Below, in pieces: positions 16,939-29,800 of a stretch of 64,000 bases of DNA (its first letter is position 1; the number at the start of each line of letters is the position of its first letter). Location: sequence record OQ411014.1, one strand, 5' to 3'. The notes below the pieces were generated by a model that was not told the DNA's origin, did not search any database, and saw only the letters and a program-made list of their open reading frames with translations. A program made the position numbers and the translations under genes.

Positions 16939-18435
16939 TTATTTCTTATGAACACGGTAAACAATGTTCGGTTTAACTGCATCTTCCAACGGTACTCTGT
17001 TTGGACTATTAACAAAATCAGTTTTAGCTTTATCTGCACCAACCCACGGCTGACGACCGCCATAATCAAATATAGCCCATGATTTCTTATCGTCTGAGTA
17101 CTCCCAAAGCGTAACTGGGGTGTAATCAGTACGGTAAAAGTACTCACCATCAACTGGATTGCTTGGGAATTCAGTACCTTCACCTACAGTTCCTCTAGCT
17201 GGTGGAATCTTAGGTCTAGAGTCCGCAGAAAGAGTGATGTCGGCAGCAATACTACCTGAAGTGAATGGTACGTTGCTATGTTCATCAGGTGGAATCACCC
17301 ATGTAACACCATCATCCAGTACTTGATATAATTGTGGTTCAGCGTATAATACATAGAAGTCACCAGCGTCATTAGGTACACTTTCACCGGACTTAACGTA
17401 CGGTAAATCACAGTTCAACCATTTCTTGACATCTTTATCGTACTGATATAAAGTATATCCACTGACATCTGCTTCTTGCTCTTTAAAAAAGAAATCTCCG
17501 TCACTCGGTCTGCGAGGGAATGTGGTTCCGTACTTAACTTGGACTTCATCCCAGCTAGAATTCTCGAACTCCATCAGTACTGGATATGTTTTCTTAATGT
17601 AGAACATATTTGCTGAAGGTTTTTCAGGGAAATCATATCCACTTAAGATAACTCTTGACAGTTCCCATATATCTGATCTATCATTATATATGTGCTCATT
17701 AGTCCAGTGCATGTATGGCACTTCATCATCGGCTTGGATAATGATTTTGTTCATAATATCCATTTCGTTGTTGTAGTTACTGTTTTCACTACCACCATTA
17801 TTACCACTTGAGTTACCATTTCCGTTATTCGGATCATCTGGGTCATCTGGGAAGTTGTTATTGTCTAGGATTCCAGAATATTCAGGACTATCGGTTAGTG
17901 GTTTAACACGAAGTTTGAAAATATGGTGTTGCCATGTGACGGAGTAACCTTCGGATGTTCTAAACGCATCTTGAACGACATAGAAACGGTTCAAACCTGA
18001 ATCTTTTCCTATAACGTCAAAATCGCGTAAGTTAGGAAGTTCGATGACATCGCCTGGAATAATTTTTCTTCCCACGCGTTGCATCATTGTGTTATAATGG
18101 ATTGTAATGTCCATAGTGTTAAAGTTGAAGAAAATCCCTGGCATTTTTAAGTCAGGAGTTGCTTCTTGAATTTGGTACACTGCACTAAGTGTTATAGCTT
18201 CTAAGTTATATTCACGTTGTGCTGATTCACCGAAGATAATGTCACCGATACTAGAAATATCTAGTTGACCATCTCCGGTTTGTAGTGTACCATCATCATT
18301 AGTTGCTAATTGTTTTGGACCAACATAAGCGTACAGCCACATATCAACACCACCGATATTGTACTGTTCGGCAATGTTGCGGTCGATGAAACTATAATCA
18401 TTAGTTCGACCTTTTTTCCACATTTTGTATGCCAT
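16939..18435 (-). CDS. gp14: Neck / head-closure protein, T4 gp14-like, with a repeat-containing C-terminal extension
   Basis: Start at ATG 18435 (RBS ggag). N-terminal motifs include GGVDMWLY and IIPGDVIELP...FYVVQD, followed by F-P-x-x-P...W repeats. Confidence 0.55.
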   Translation of the reverse strand: MAYKMWKKGRTNDYSFIDRNIAEQYNIGGVDMWLYAYVGPKQLATNDDGTLQTGDGQLDISSIGDIIFGESAQREYNLEAITLSAVYQIQEATPDLKMPGIFFNFNTMDITIHYNTMMQRVGRKIIPGDVIELPNLRDFDVIGKDSGLNRFYVVQDAFRTSEGYSVTWQHHIFKLRVKPLTDSPEYSGILDNNNFPDDPDDPNNGNGNSSGNNGGSENSNYNNEMDIMNKIIIQADDEVPYMHWTNEHIYNDRSDIWELSRVILSGYDFPEKPSANMFYIKKTYPVLMEFENSSWDEVQVKYGTTFPRRPSDGDFFFKEQEADVSGYTLYQYDKDVKKWLNCDLPYVKSGESVPNDAGDFYVLYAEPQLYQVLDDGVTWVIPPDEHSNVPFTSGSIAADITLSADSRPKIPPARGTVGEGTEFPSNPVDGEYFYRTDYTPVTLWEYSDDKKSWAIFDYGGRQPWVGADKAKTDFVNSPNRVPLEDAVKPNIVYRVHKK

Positions 18436-18477
18436 TTTGAATCTCCAAAAAGAAATCGTATAAATGTATTTATTTTT

Positions 18478-18507
18478 TTGAGACAAATGCAAAAGATGTG
18501 ATATAAT
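18478..18507 (+). promoter_or_regulatory. Early/middle sigma70-like promoter upstream of clpA
   Basis: TTGAGA-N18-TATAAT with an extended TGTG before the -10; the same motif occurs at 41586, 46471 and 60870. Confidence 0.75.
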
Positions 18508-18554
18508 AGATTATGAAGCACATAAAACTACTTTTTTTTTAGGAGAGAATTATA

Positions 18555-20840
18555 ATGAGTCAAACTTTCATTCAAATCTTCACCGATACTGAAAACTTTG
18601 CACAGAGTCTTGGTCATCGTTATATGTCTATCGACCATCTTTCAGTAACCGTGCTACAAATTCCTAGCATCATTGAAGCGTTGAATGCAATGTCTCTCGA
18701 TGCGGAACAAATCCAAGAACGTGTTCACCAGTACTTGAAAAGTGCTAACATTCCAGAGATTCCACAGAGTACGATGGAAGCTATTGGTGAAGATCGTGCG
18801 GCTATGAGCATTCAAATGTCTCGTATCATGGCTGAACTAAGCAAGAAAGCTGTACTGGAACAATTGAAGACTGATGATTATACTATTGCTCCGTACTTTG
18901 TACTTTTTGAATGTTTGTCCTTCCCTAATACTGCAATTGAAGCAGTACTGGAAGAATTAGGAACAACTCGTACTGAAGTGGCTCGTTCTCTTCAGAAACA
19001 TGTTGAACAAGTTGAACCATCAGTAGAACTAACTAAAACTTTCCAAGAACCGACTAAAGAGGGTAAACGAGTGGCACAACAACCACAGTCCAAGTCTAAG
19101 GGTATTGAAGATTACACCACTAACCTGACAGAAAAAGCTCGTAATGGCAATCTTGACCCGATGATTGGTCGTACCAAGGAACTCCAGAACCTAATCGAGA
19201 TTGTTTCTCGTAAGAATAAAAAGAATGCGTGTCTGACTGGTGAACCTGGTGTTGGTAAAACTCAAATCATTGATGGTTTGGCTCAAGCAATCGCTGATGG
19301 GAATGTTCCAGAGCATTTACAAGGTATTGAGATTCTTTCTCTGAACATGGGTGCGTTTACTGCGGGTACTAAGTATCGTGGTGAGTTCGAAGAACGTGTT
19401 GATGATTTCTTGAAAGAATTGAAAACTCGTGATAACGTAATCGTATTCATTGACGAACTACATACTATCATGGGTGCAGGTTCCAACAGTTCTGGTTCTA
19501 TGGATATGAGTAATCTTATCAAACCAGCACTATCAAGTGGTGAAATCCGTGTTATCGGTGCAACTACTTACGAAGAATATCGTAAACACATTGAGAAAGA
19601 TGGTGCACTAGCACGTCGCTTCATGAAAGTTGATATTGTTGAACCTTCTTTCAGTGAAACTCGTGAAATTGTACTCGGCGTTACCAGTACTTATGAGAAG
19701 TTCCATGAAGTTTCTTTCAGTGAAGCAGCAATTGAAGCAGTACTGAACCTGTCTAACAAGTTCATGAAAAACAAGCGTTTCCCTGACAAAGCACTAGATC
19801 TTCTTGATGCAGCAGCGGCAATGAAACGTACTCGTGGTGAAGACGATAATATCGTTCAAGAATCACACATCCAAGAAGTTGTGGCACGCATTGCTAACCT
19901 GGATATTTCTGTGGTAGCATGTAACGAAAGCGAACGCATGTCTAACCTACCAAATGCACTACGTTCTCGTGTATTCGGTCAAGATGATGCAGTTGAAAAA
20001 CTGGTTGATAACGTAATGGTTGCTCGTGCAGGTCTACGTGATAGTGCGTCAGTACAGGGTGCGTTCATTTTCCAAGGGCCGTCCGGTACTGGTAAAACTG
20101 AAATCGCTAAAGCACTTGCTGATGCAATGGGTTCTGAACTAATTCGTTTCGATATGTCAGAGTTTGCTCAAGAGCATACTGTATCCAAACTAATCGGTTC
20201 CCCTCCAGGTTATGTTGGTCACGAATCCGGCAACGGTCTACTGTTAGACAAAGTAGAACAATTCCCGAACTGTGTCCTGCTTCTGGATGAAATTGAAAAG
20301 GCTCACCCTAACATTCTACTAACCTTTCTACAGGTTCTAGATGAAGGTCGTCTAACTGGCTCTCAAGGTAAAACAGTATTCTTCAATAACGTAACTGTTA
20401 TCATGACTACTAACCTAGGTGCTAAACAAGCAGAAGTTCGTGCAATCGGTGGTTCCGGTGGCGACGATGGTATGGACAAAGCACTAAAAGCGTTCCTCCG
20501 TCCAGAGTTTCTAAACCGTATCGACAGTGTTGTGAAATTCAAAGAACTATCTGCTGAGGCAATTGATTCTGTAATCACCAAGTTCATGGCTTCTCTGGAA
20601 GAAACCGTTGCACCTAAAGGTGTTACCGTGAAACTAACTACCGAAGCACGTGCATGGTTGGCTAAGAATGGTGTTCAGGTTGGTATGGGTGCACGTCCAA
20701 TGAAACGTACCATCGAAAAACACATTCGTGTCCCACTAGCTAAAGAAATGCTTTGTGGTTCTCTACAAAATGGTGGTTCAATTACGTTTGACGTGATTGA
20801 TGGAACTCTAGGTGTAAAATCCAAACGTTCTAAAAAATAA
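18555..20840 (+). CDS. clpA: ClpA-like Hsp100 AAA+ chaperone/unfoldase
   Basis: 761 aa: Clp N-domain, Walker A GEPGVGKT and GPSGTGKT, Walker B VFIDELH and LLLDEIEK, pore loops KYRG and GYVG, PEFLNRID; no ClpB middle coiled coil. Confidence 0.9.
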   Translation: MSQTFIQIFTDTENFAQSLGHRYMSIDHLSVTVLQIPSIIEALNAMSLDAEQIQERVHQYLKSANIPEIPQSTMEAIGEDRAAMSIQMSRIMAELSKKAVLEQLKTDDYTIAPYFVLFECLSFPNTAIEAVLEELGTTRTEVARSLQKHVEQVEPSVELTKTFQEPTKEGKRVAQQPQSKSKGIEDYTTNLTEKARNGNLDPMIGRTKELQNLIEIVSRKNKKNACLTGEPGVGKTQIIDGLAQAIADGNVPEHLQGIEILSLNMGAFTAGTKYRGEFEERVDDFLKELKTRDNVIVFIDELHTIMGAGSNSSGSMDMSNLIKPALSSGEIRVIGATTYEEYRKHIEKDGALARRFMKVDIVEPSFSETREIVLGVTSTYEKFHEVSFSEAAIEAVLNLSNKFMKNKRFPDKALDLLDAAAAMKRTRGEDDNIVQESHIQEVVARIANLDISVVACNESERMSNLPNALRSRVFGQDDAVEKLVDNVMVARAGLRDSASVQGAFIFQGPSGTGKTEIAKALADAMGSELIRFDMSEFAQEHTVSKLIGSPPGYVGHESGNGLLLDKVEQFPNCVLLLDEIEKAHPNILLTFLQVLDEGRLTGSQGKTVFFNNVTVIMTTNLGAKQAEVRAIGGSGGDDGMDKALKAFLRPEFLNRIDSVVKFKELSAEAIDSVITKFMASLEETVAPKGVTVKLTTEARAWLAKNGVQVGMGARPMKRTIEKHIRVPLAKEMLCGSLQNGGSITFDVIDGTLGVKSKRSKK

Positions 20841-20846
20841 GAAAAT

Positions 20847-20875
20847 AAAAAGGAGCCTTTCGGCTCCTTTTTTTT
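20847..20875. terminator. Bidirectional terminator
   Basis: aaaaaggagcc-tttc-ggctcctttttttt between the convergent clpA and 3344-aa genes. Confidence 0.9.
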
Positions 20876-23800
20876 ATTTGATTAATCCAATAAGAATTAC
20901 AGGTGCAATATCCAAACTATCAGAATAAGTACTCAATGGGATTGGTTCATAACCATCACCGTATACTGCAATTTCATTAGTGTTACCTAAATTCAATCCA
21001 GTACTGGTATACGTTACATCCTTTTCGTAATAATTCTGAACAGTACCGTTATAAGCTCGAACAACGAAGTTGTTTTTGCGAACAAGCATTTGTTCTGCAT
21101 TAGATAGGATAATATCGTCAGGTACAACACCAGGCATTGTAGCGATACCATTTTCATAGGTCATGGTGCTTGCCATCTTCGGCTGACTTACGTGAGTGAA
21201 GCTGTCAAACATTGACTTATAAACAACAGTAACAGTACTGTTAGTGTTAATATACACACCATCAACTAGTGGTTTACTATAGATCCAAGAACCATTGTTA
21301 GCAGTAGGGTTAATTTCAGCTACATCGTATTCAAATACTGAAATTTCCAACGCGTCGGTCATTTTAGTACGAACCAATTCACTTAGTACACCTTTACCGT
21401 ACACTGGTAGGTAATATCCATTATCAACCACAGTTCCATCTTCTAGTGTTTGTGTCTCATTAGTACTGTACCATACATCATAGTCATTGGTAGTTAGTTC
21501 TGGTTCATAATTACCACCAATTAAGGAAGTGTCATAGAACACATCATAATCTAGAGCATCGACTCTGTAAGAACGGTTATTAGTATAACGAGTAATTCCA
21601 CCAGCACTAAACTCTGGGTCATTGAAAGATGTAACTCTAACAATGTTGATACTAGTTGGTTTGTTCTGGTTGTAAAGTGATTCATCAGTACTGTTATAAG
21701 TACTAGTGAAAGTTAATCCACCAATAGTTACAGTATTACCAGATACCGAAGTTACTTTAAACAACTTAGGACGATTAGCATCTTTAATTGTTGCTACACT
21801 CAATACAGTTTTCCAAGAACCATCGTTAATAGCGACTGCGTAATCTGAATTGTCTGGGACAAATACAGCTACCGTTTCGCCAACAACGAAATCATTATCA
21901 CCGTCAAGTTCAACAACACCACTTACTGAAGTTACGTTCTTAATACGATATGAATATTGAATTTCATTCTTTTCCAAAATGCTTCTATTCATGTATTCAA
22001 GAGCAACATCATAACGTGGAATACTTACAAGGGCTTCTGAGCGATTATATGGGTTTTGTACGATATAACCTTCAATATTAAAGTTACCTTGATCACGTAA
22101 TTGTGTCTGTACTGAAGTATCAAATCCATATCCATCAACTGTGAATCTTAGCTGTGCCATATCACGTTTAGATGGGTTAAGTTCTGAAATGTCTACAAAT
22201 ACAGGATCGTTAGTACTGTTAGCGACACCAACAACGGAGTTAATAATAGTTTTAGTTTGTGATTCTAGAGCTAAGTTATCGAATGCGTTTTTATCATCAA
22301 AGAATACTTCTTTATTCAAGCCTGACATGATTTGTAAGAAATCACTATATAGTGGGTTCTTATCATCTTCTGGAACGTCATCAAGTGATGGTTGGCTTAG
22401 GCGAACCATATCCCCATCAGTGATATACACTTCTTCCATATATTCTTCTATGCCAACATTCGAAGGAATGCTATAATCTTTTCCTGGAGTAGTTTCACTC
22501 ATTAGGAAAACATATTTCCTAGGCATCAACACTACTGCATAAGCATCAACATCAAGATTCTCTAATACTTTCTCTGCTGCACTATACGGGTCAGTTTCAT
22601 CAGGATTATAAGTCCCTCTAAGTGCTGATAGAACGTGTACTGCATCAGTATAGAAACGATTAGATTCTGGATTATCATCAGTTTCAGGGATTACATATTT
22701 CCATGTATATAAACCGTATTCATATTCCATGTACTCTAGAATCTCAATGTGAGAGAATCCAGGGTTTGCTTCCTTAACTTGATCATAAATCAAATCATAC
22801 ATTGGTTTGCTGTAAGAGATATAACCATAGTTTTCACCATTGCTTGCACTAAATCCAAACGGCAACCTTGTGCTTGGGTTATCACTCAGTACTAGACCTT
22901 TAAATGGACAACCTACTTCAGAACCAATAGTTTCATCAGATTTGGAAGTTGTTAGCTTCAAACGGTTTGAAAGCGTGTTGTACTGAACATAGTTGCGTAC
23001 TTCACTAACCGATTCAGATTTCTCTTCTGCTTCTGCAATTACACGATTAAGTGTAGCTGTAAATTCATCAGATGCTTCAACATCATTAATTAGTGTTGCA
23101 TACATTTGGTCTAAACCATATTTCAAACCACTACTAATATTCATGTTCGGATAGTACTGCGTAATACCGTTCATGATTAATGTTTCCAACTCAGCATTAT
23201 TAATTTCAGGGAAAGTATATGCATAACGCTGGAGCATGTAGTGGGAGCCTTTTACAAGGAAGTCACCAGTATTAGATTGGTATTTCTTGTTCACGTTTTC
23301 TAGTGTTGTTATATCTGCCATATCGGAAGATGGTTTGCACTGGAAGTTGTCAAAGTCAAGAATAACATCAATCTCTTGGAAACGGCGGTTTGGTAGTACG
23401 AAGTTATTTGGTAGTGAGCCTACGATTTCCCACTTCTGACTTACATCGTTGAATTGAGCATATTCGTAATCCCAAATATCTTTTTGTGTTTTAACCCAAG
23501 CACCATCAACATAGATATAACCGTTAGGATCTAAATCGTTTAATAGACCGTTGATTTCATCTTCATCAGATGTCTTCTGCTCTATTTGTGAACGGATTTT
23601 AGTTCTGTATGGTTTCACTTCTTCAAAGTACTGTACGATTTCATTTATTAAATTACCATCAGTAGTTGATCTTTGTTGTAGTGATTGGTCTAGACCAATA
23701 ATATAAATGTAAGAGGTTTTGAATACCCAGTCCACGACTTTCTGCTCAGTGTGTACGTACTTAACCATGTCAAATACTACAGTACTTTGTACAGAGTTGA

Positions 23801-26800
23801 ATGAACCTTTGAGTAGTGCTAATGCTGCACGAACGTTTTTCTCATTATTCGTTAATGCACCATCGCTGTTGTATTGTGAGTAGTTGTTATAAAGAACATT
23901 GTTCAATTGTACAGTGCTCTTCTCACGACCAACTGCTACCCATTGAACTTGACCACGTGATTCAGTTTTTTCATATAATGTCCAGACACCATCGGCATCG
24001 GTAATACGAATCAAATCACCAATCTGGTAGTTTTTAGTGTTAGCAATTTGAATGCTTGTTTCTTCGGTATATTCTGATTCTTCATCAAAACCAACACTAT
24101 ACCAATCAGCATAATCCCAGTAGGTTGTCATATCTAATGAAGTACCAAGCTGATCAATATAGTCAGTTTGCTTAATCATAGTATGTTGACCTTCACCACG
24201 ACTCTCTAGAGTGATAGTTACCGCAGTACCAGAAGTACTTGGGCTATTCATCAAGTGAATGTAACCGTTGTCGTCGTAATGCACAAAGTACACACTAGTA
24301 CGGTTTAGTGGTGCTGGTAATGTACCATTAGTATTAACCAGTACTGCGTCATTCTCTACAAATTTGTTTTCATTTGTGGTGATAACCAATTCGTTGTTAT
24401 AAGTTAGTACTTTAAATCCAACTTCGTTCGGGTTCACAGCGTCAGTCTTCTTAAAGAAGATATCATCCATTACTACAGTGTCAGTTGTCATGTTAATATG
24501 CTTGTACACATTGTTTGCTGAATCAACAAACGTCCTACGAGCTTCTATAACGTCCATAAACCATGTTTTGTTTGCACCTAGACCCAAGTCAGTACTTGGA
24601 TAAGATAACTCAACCACGTTGCCGTTTAGGAGGGTTTCTTGAGACTCCAAAGAGTTCCATAGAGAATTCCAAATAGCTGGGTTGAAGTTGTATTCTTCAC
24701 CTTCTTTACAAAGTTGATACTGTTCATGTTTAATAACATCATCATTATTTTCTTTGTAAGAAACAGTCAATATACTCTTATCATCGTTAATGTCGTGCTG
24801 CATATTAGATAGAATAAAAGAATTCTCATCTACTGGGGAGAACCAAGGAACTCCGAGTACTGAAGGATCAGCAATAATGCGAGCAATCTCATTACAAGAT
24901 TTGGTACGATGCTTAACATGTGGAGTATAGATTGTATCTTTAACCCAGAAGTAATACATTGGCACATAAGTGTTAGTACTAGCATCATATTCAACAAAAT
25001 AAGAATAGTTTTCAGTAACTGCTGTACCGGATGGTAGGTAAGTGGTCTGGCCTTTATTTTGTTTTTGTTGTTCAGTGCAATACTGATCCCAGTTATATGG
25101 TTCTACTGGCGATTTAACCCATTCGTACACATCAATACTACCATGTGGAAGGATTTTACCCCAATTATAACGCTTATATTCTAGAGTCTTATTTACATCG
25201 ACGTTCCCATTAGCATCAAGGATTGGACGAGTATAATCCATGAAGAATGCAGAAGAAGTATCCCACCAAACTTCACCAACTTTATCAGAACCCCAAGCTA
25301 GTAATGTTTCACCATCACTATTGTAGGTTGCTGGGTCACGAGTAGAGGTATATGAAACGTTTGACATTGCCACACCAGGGATAATACCATTGATTGGGTC
25401 ATATGTGTTAATATACATCTCAACAACGTTAGTCATGGAGTTGTAGGTACTTGGGCGGTCGAACAACGAACTGTTAGGTGCTAAGTACTCATATTTTTTC
25501 TGAACGTATGCATCTTTCGCTGCTTTAGTACTGAAACGTGGAACGTATTTGTACATTACAGGTTCTGCACCACTGAAATCAAAATCTACAGTACTGTCGA
25601 ATGCAACAACTATAGTATTTGCAGTAACACCATAGAATTGTGTTTCTTCACGTAGGAAATCAGGCATATAACCGGACTCATCAACGAAGAAGTAAGTATC
25701 ACCATTACTTAGTGTAGATGAAGAACTTAATTCTAGTGTTACTTTCTGTGCTGCGTATTGGTCATCAGTAATAATTGGAGTAATTTTCTTCAAAGTGATA
25801 TTGGTTTTAACAATATCATAGATATTCCAGTTATCATTAGAATCCTGAAGAACCCATACAGACGATGGTAGTGTATTGTAATCGGAAGTATACTTAGAAC
25901 GGTCTTCATAAGCAGTTTGTAGGTCTAGAGTAGTGAATGACACTTCATCTAGAGTTACAGGGCCGATATTTGGCAACTGAATGTTGTCAGATGCACCTTT
26001 ACGCATTGGGAAAGAGAACAAACCATGTGGACGAGTAATCCAACGTGGGTCTACACCTGTTTTACCAAAATAAACGATGTTATTTGCAGTACTGTCCACA
26101 GTTGCATTCTGGTCGAATGTAACCAATTGTGGTTGTTGAGCAAATTCGTTGTTAATTAGTTGGAACTGTAGGTTCTTTTTGCCATATACGTTGCCATATT
26201 CACCGATTTTGAAAGCCCACTCTTGTAGTGCTTTGTAACCTTCGGTATTATAGGTTTTTGATACACGTAGAACACGTTCGAGTACTTGATTAGTACCTTT
26301 GTCACGGATGAAGCCTTTATAGAAATCAACGCGGGCTGGTTCTGATGTGATCATTTCGTTTAAGTAACTTCTGGACTGGTATCCAATTAAATGATTCGCT
26401 AGGGAACGCAATTGAACATCAGATACTGGATTTTCAGTGTCATAATAGTGTCTAAAGTCATCTACTAGTTTTTCAAAGTCAGGTAGTGTGCCAGTTTCGA
26501 GGATAATAAAGCCAGGTGCTTCCAAACGACCATTCCATGAGCCAGTTACATAACCGTACATACGAATCAATTCTTGAATTGAACCATAAGTTGGAATATA
26601 GATGTTATCACCAAAAATAGTTTTATCATCAAACACGATAGCATGTTCATAAGCGATTAAGCTCAAACGAATAAGAGCAATACGCTTGTTGTATTCTTCT
26701 AAACTACGAACAGTGATGATGTTACCGATACGTGCAGTTTCAATTTCATACGGACGAATACCTGTATTATTATCATCTAGTAGAGTCCATAGACCACCAC

Positions 26801-29800
26801 TATATTGTGCAACTGATTCAACAGAACCAAAAGACGCACCGAATTTAACACTTTTAGTACTTGGAGAACAAGAAATATATTCACCACGAGCTAGAGCAGT
26901 CTGACTCCAGTTCAAATAATCCTTCGCAATTTGATTCCAGTTTAGAGTGTTGCCGTTCTCGTCAGTTTCTTCGAAAATAAACCCAACACGTTCCAAATAT
27001 TCACCATAAGCACACAAGAAAGTGTAAACTTCTTGGAAAGAATTCAGTACTGTACCGTATTCAATACTTTGAACTTTATCAGTGTACTCATTGTAATGAA
27101 CTACTGTACGATTACCTTCACGAATAGTAACACGCTTACCATTACGGTTAGGAGTTAAGTATTTGAAGGATGCACCAACTAGATCATAACCAGTAATCTG
27201 ATATCCAGTGCCGTTCCATGTGATATCAACAGCACTCATTGATTCTTCACGGATGGAAGAGCTACGAACTAGACCGATATGTTGGTTTTCTTGAGAAATT
27301 AGACCGAATGTATCAGAATAAAAACTCAATTGGTCTTCTTTACTGAATCCACCAAGTTTATGACCCACATTAATATGTGAACTACGTAAAACGTCACCGT
27401 ACTTAGTAGTAATATCCATTTGTTTGTACTGTAGGTGATCAGTTATGAACATTTGGTATCCTAGGATACGGCTATTGTTCTCATTGTTCACTAGTGTAGT
27501 ACTGTTTAGGTTCAAACGTTGGTTGGTTTCACCAAATAGGAACTGTTCTTTACCACGATAAACTGTTTTAAGAGTACTACCACGAGTATCATAGAAATAG
27601 TTTGCAAACTGTGCTGGTTTAGCACGATATAGTAGTAGAGCTTCATCATATGGGAACATTGCAGTGTTGCGGTAAGTGAATTCAATATCACCCATGTCAC
27701 CATAAGACCACGGTTCTGCACGATGATCAAGGGAACCAGCCACTAAACCTAGAACTTCTGGAGCAATCAGTTCAAATGTGCGAATTTCTTCACCATCTGC
27801 TGTGAAATTACCAGTACCTTTAATAACGAATGGCTGTTTACCAAAACGTTTGTATTTTGCATAAGTTCCTTTGTTCTTACCATATAGAATTGTACCAGTA
27901 CTAGCGTCACCTTTAATACTACCAACATCCCATAGACCACTTGGTACTAATTGGTTGTTTTCATCAATAACTTCAGCTTCATACACGTATACAACTTCAG
28001 TTGGGTCTTCACCAATACGAATTTTGGTTGGTTCATATTCTTGGTTCCACCAAGATGGGCGTTGAGCAAAACCTAACATTTCCCACGGGTGGGTTGCTGG
28101 GCGATATGTACCGAACATGTCACTATAAATTGCTCTCCATGAGCCACGTGCTGGAATATCGGTAACAACGCCATCAACAACATAAGTTGTTCCTTTGTAG
28201 TTCCAAGTTAACCAGTTATTTGCATCATAATCATGTGTACTGTTATCAATACCGTTAGTTGCGATGAAGTTAGTGTAACCACGTAGTAGAAGTGTTTGCT
28301 TCTCGTCACGAGTATAGTCAGTTTCAGTAAAATAAGGAGTCGGGAATAGATCACTCTGAACAAGTTCAGGTACATAATCAATATCTTTGAAATCATTATC
28401 AATACTGTTGAAAATACGGTTTTCTAGTTCGTAAATCACATCATCCATACGACCTACACCATTCAGTACTTTATACGCCTTGGTAATTGTACCAGTATGG
28501 CTTACGTTATAACAACCTAGGTCACGACCAGCATACATATAAGTCGCTTTCTGTGGAGCGTACGCTTTTAGAATACCAATAAACTGTGGAGTCGGTGGAA
28601 TGAAGGCACGAATGTTAGAACTGGAACTACCCATCGCATCAATGAAGAATGGGAAAGTATTATTCTTACCAACGTTAATATTATTAAGAATTGCGTCAAC
28701 AATATTAGATGCACTGTTGGAAGTGAATGCAGATGGATCTTCATTGTACATATTAACCATTTGAGTATTGAATTTGTTCATGAAACGGAAGTATTCAGAT
28801 TGCATAAATTCAATTGCAGCAAATAGGTCAATATTTTCATTCGCTGTGTTAATCATTAGTGGAAGCATAGATGCTTCGTTCTGGATAATCTTAGTACCGA
28901 CAGAGTTATCAACTAGACCTTTAGCAAGACGTTCTTCGTAGTCGTTAAAATCATTTACTGTACCAGTAGTGATGTTACGTTGAATAATTTCTTGGAAATG
29001 TGGTGTATATAGACTTTGATCAATATAAGTGATAAAATCATTATACGGGTTGTTCTGTAGGTTGATTGGAATTTCATAAGAACCCAAGTTAGTATCTGGT
29101 GTTTGTACAGGACTGTAAGTTCTGATTTCAACAATGCTATCATCGGTTAGTTTGATAGAACTATCTAGAGTTATAGATTCAACAAGACCATTTTTATCCA
29201 ATTTAGTACTGAACTTTGTGGTTTCTTCTGTACCAACACGCACATAAAGTACATCTGTGCTTGATGATAGGTTGACACGTTGAGCTAGTTCAAATGTGTG
29301 GTTAAAAAGTTCAGATGGAACGTAGTCATTACCAGCTTCACGATGCCAGTCCATAAAAGTACTGTTATCTGCTTTGTAATATTTGAATGTTGCATCAATA
29401 TCCATTACATAAGCGTACATATTTTCAATTGGATTTTGGAAATTATTCATCTCTTGTACAGTACTGAATACATTGTACATAGAGGTTTTGGTCATAGCAG
29501 GAACTTGACGAACATACTGTTTGGTAAATTCATCGCTACGATCCCAGTCTGATTTTAGATTTACTGAACCGTCAGAACCAATTACGTTATAGTAATACAA
29601 ACCAGAAATTTCAGTAGTTGCTCCAACTTTATCATAATCATAACGAGTACTCTGAATGAAGTTCTCGAAAACATAATAGTTGTAAGAGTTCAATTCAACG
29701 TTAGTGTTATAGATTTTATTGTAGTTGTAGTCAAAGTTAACTTTAAGGCCAAATAGTGGGGAACCTTTAAAAGAACTACTTGGGTAAATTTGAGGATCGT

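Noticed and set aside
18555-20840. ClpB disaggregase assignment
   Set aside because: There is no middle coiled-coil domain between the two AAA+ modules, and the length (761 aa) matches ClpA.
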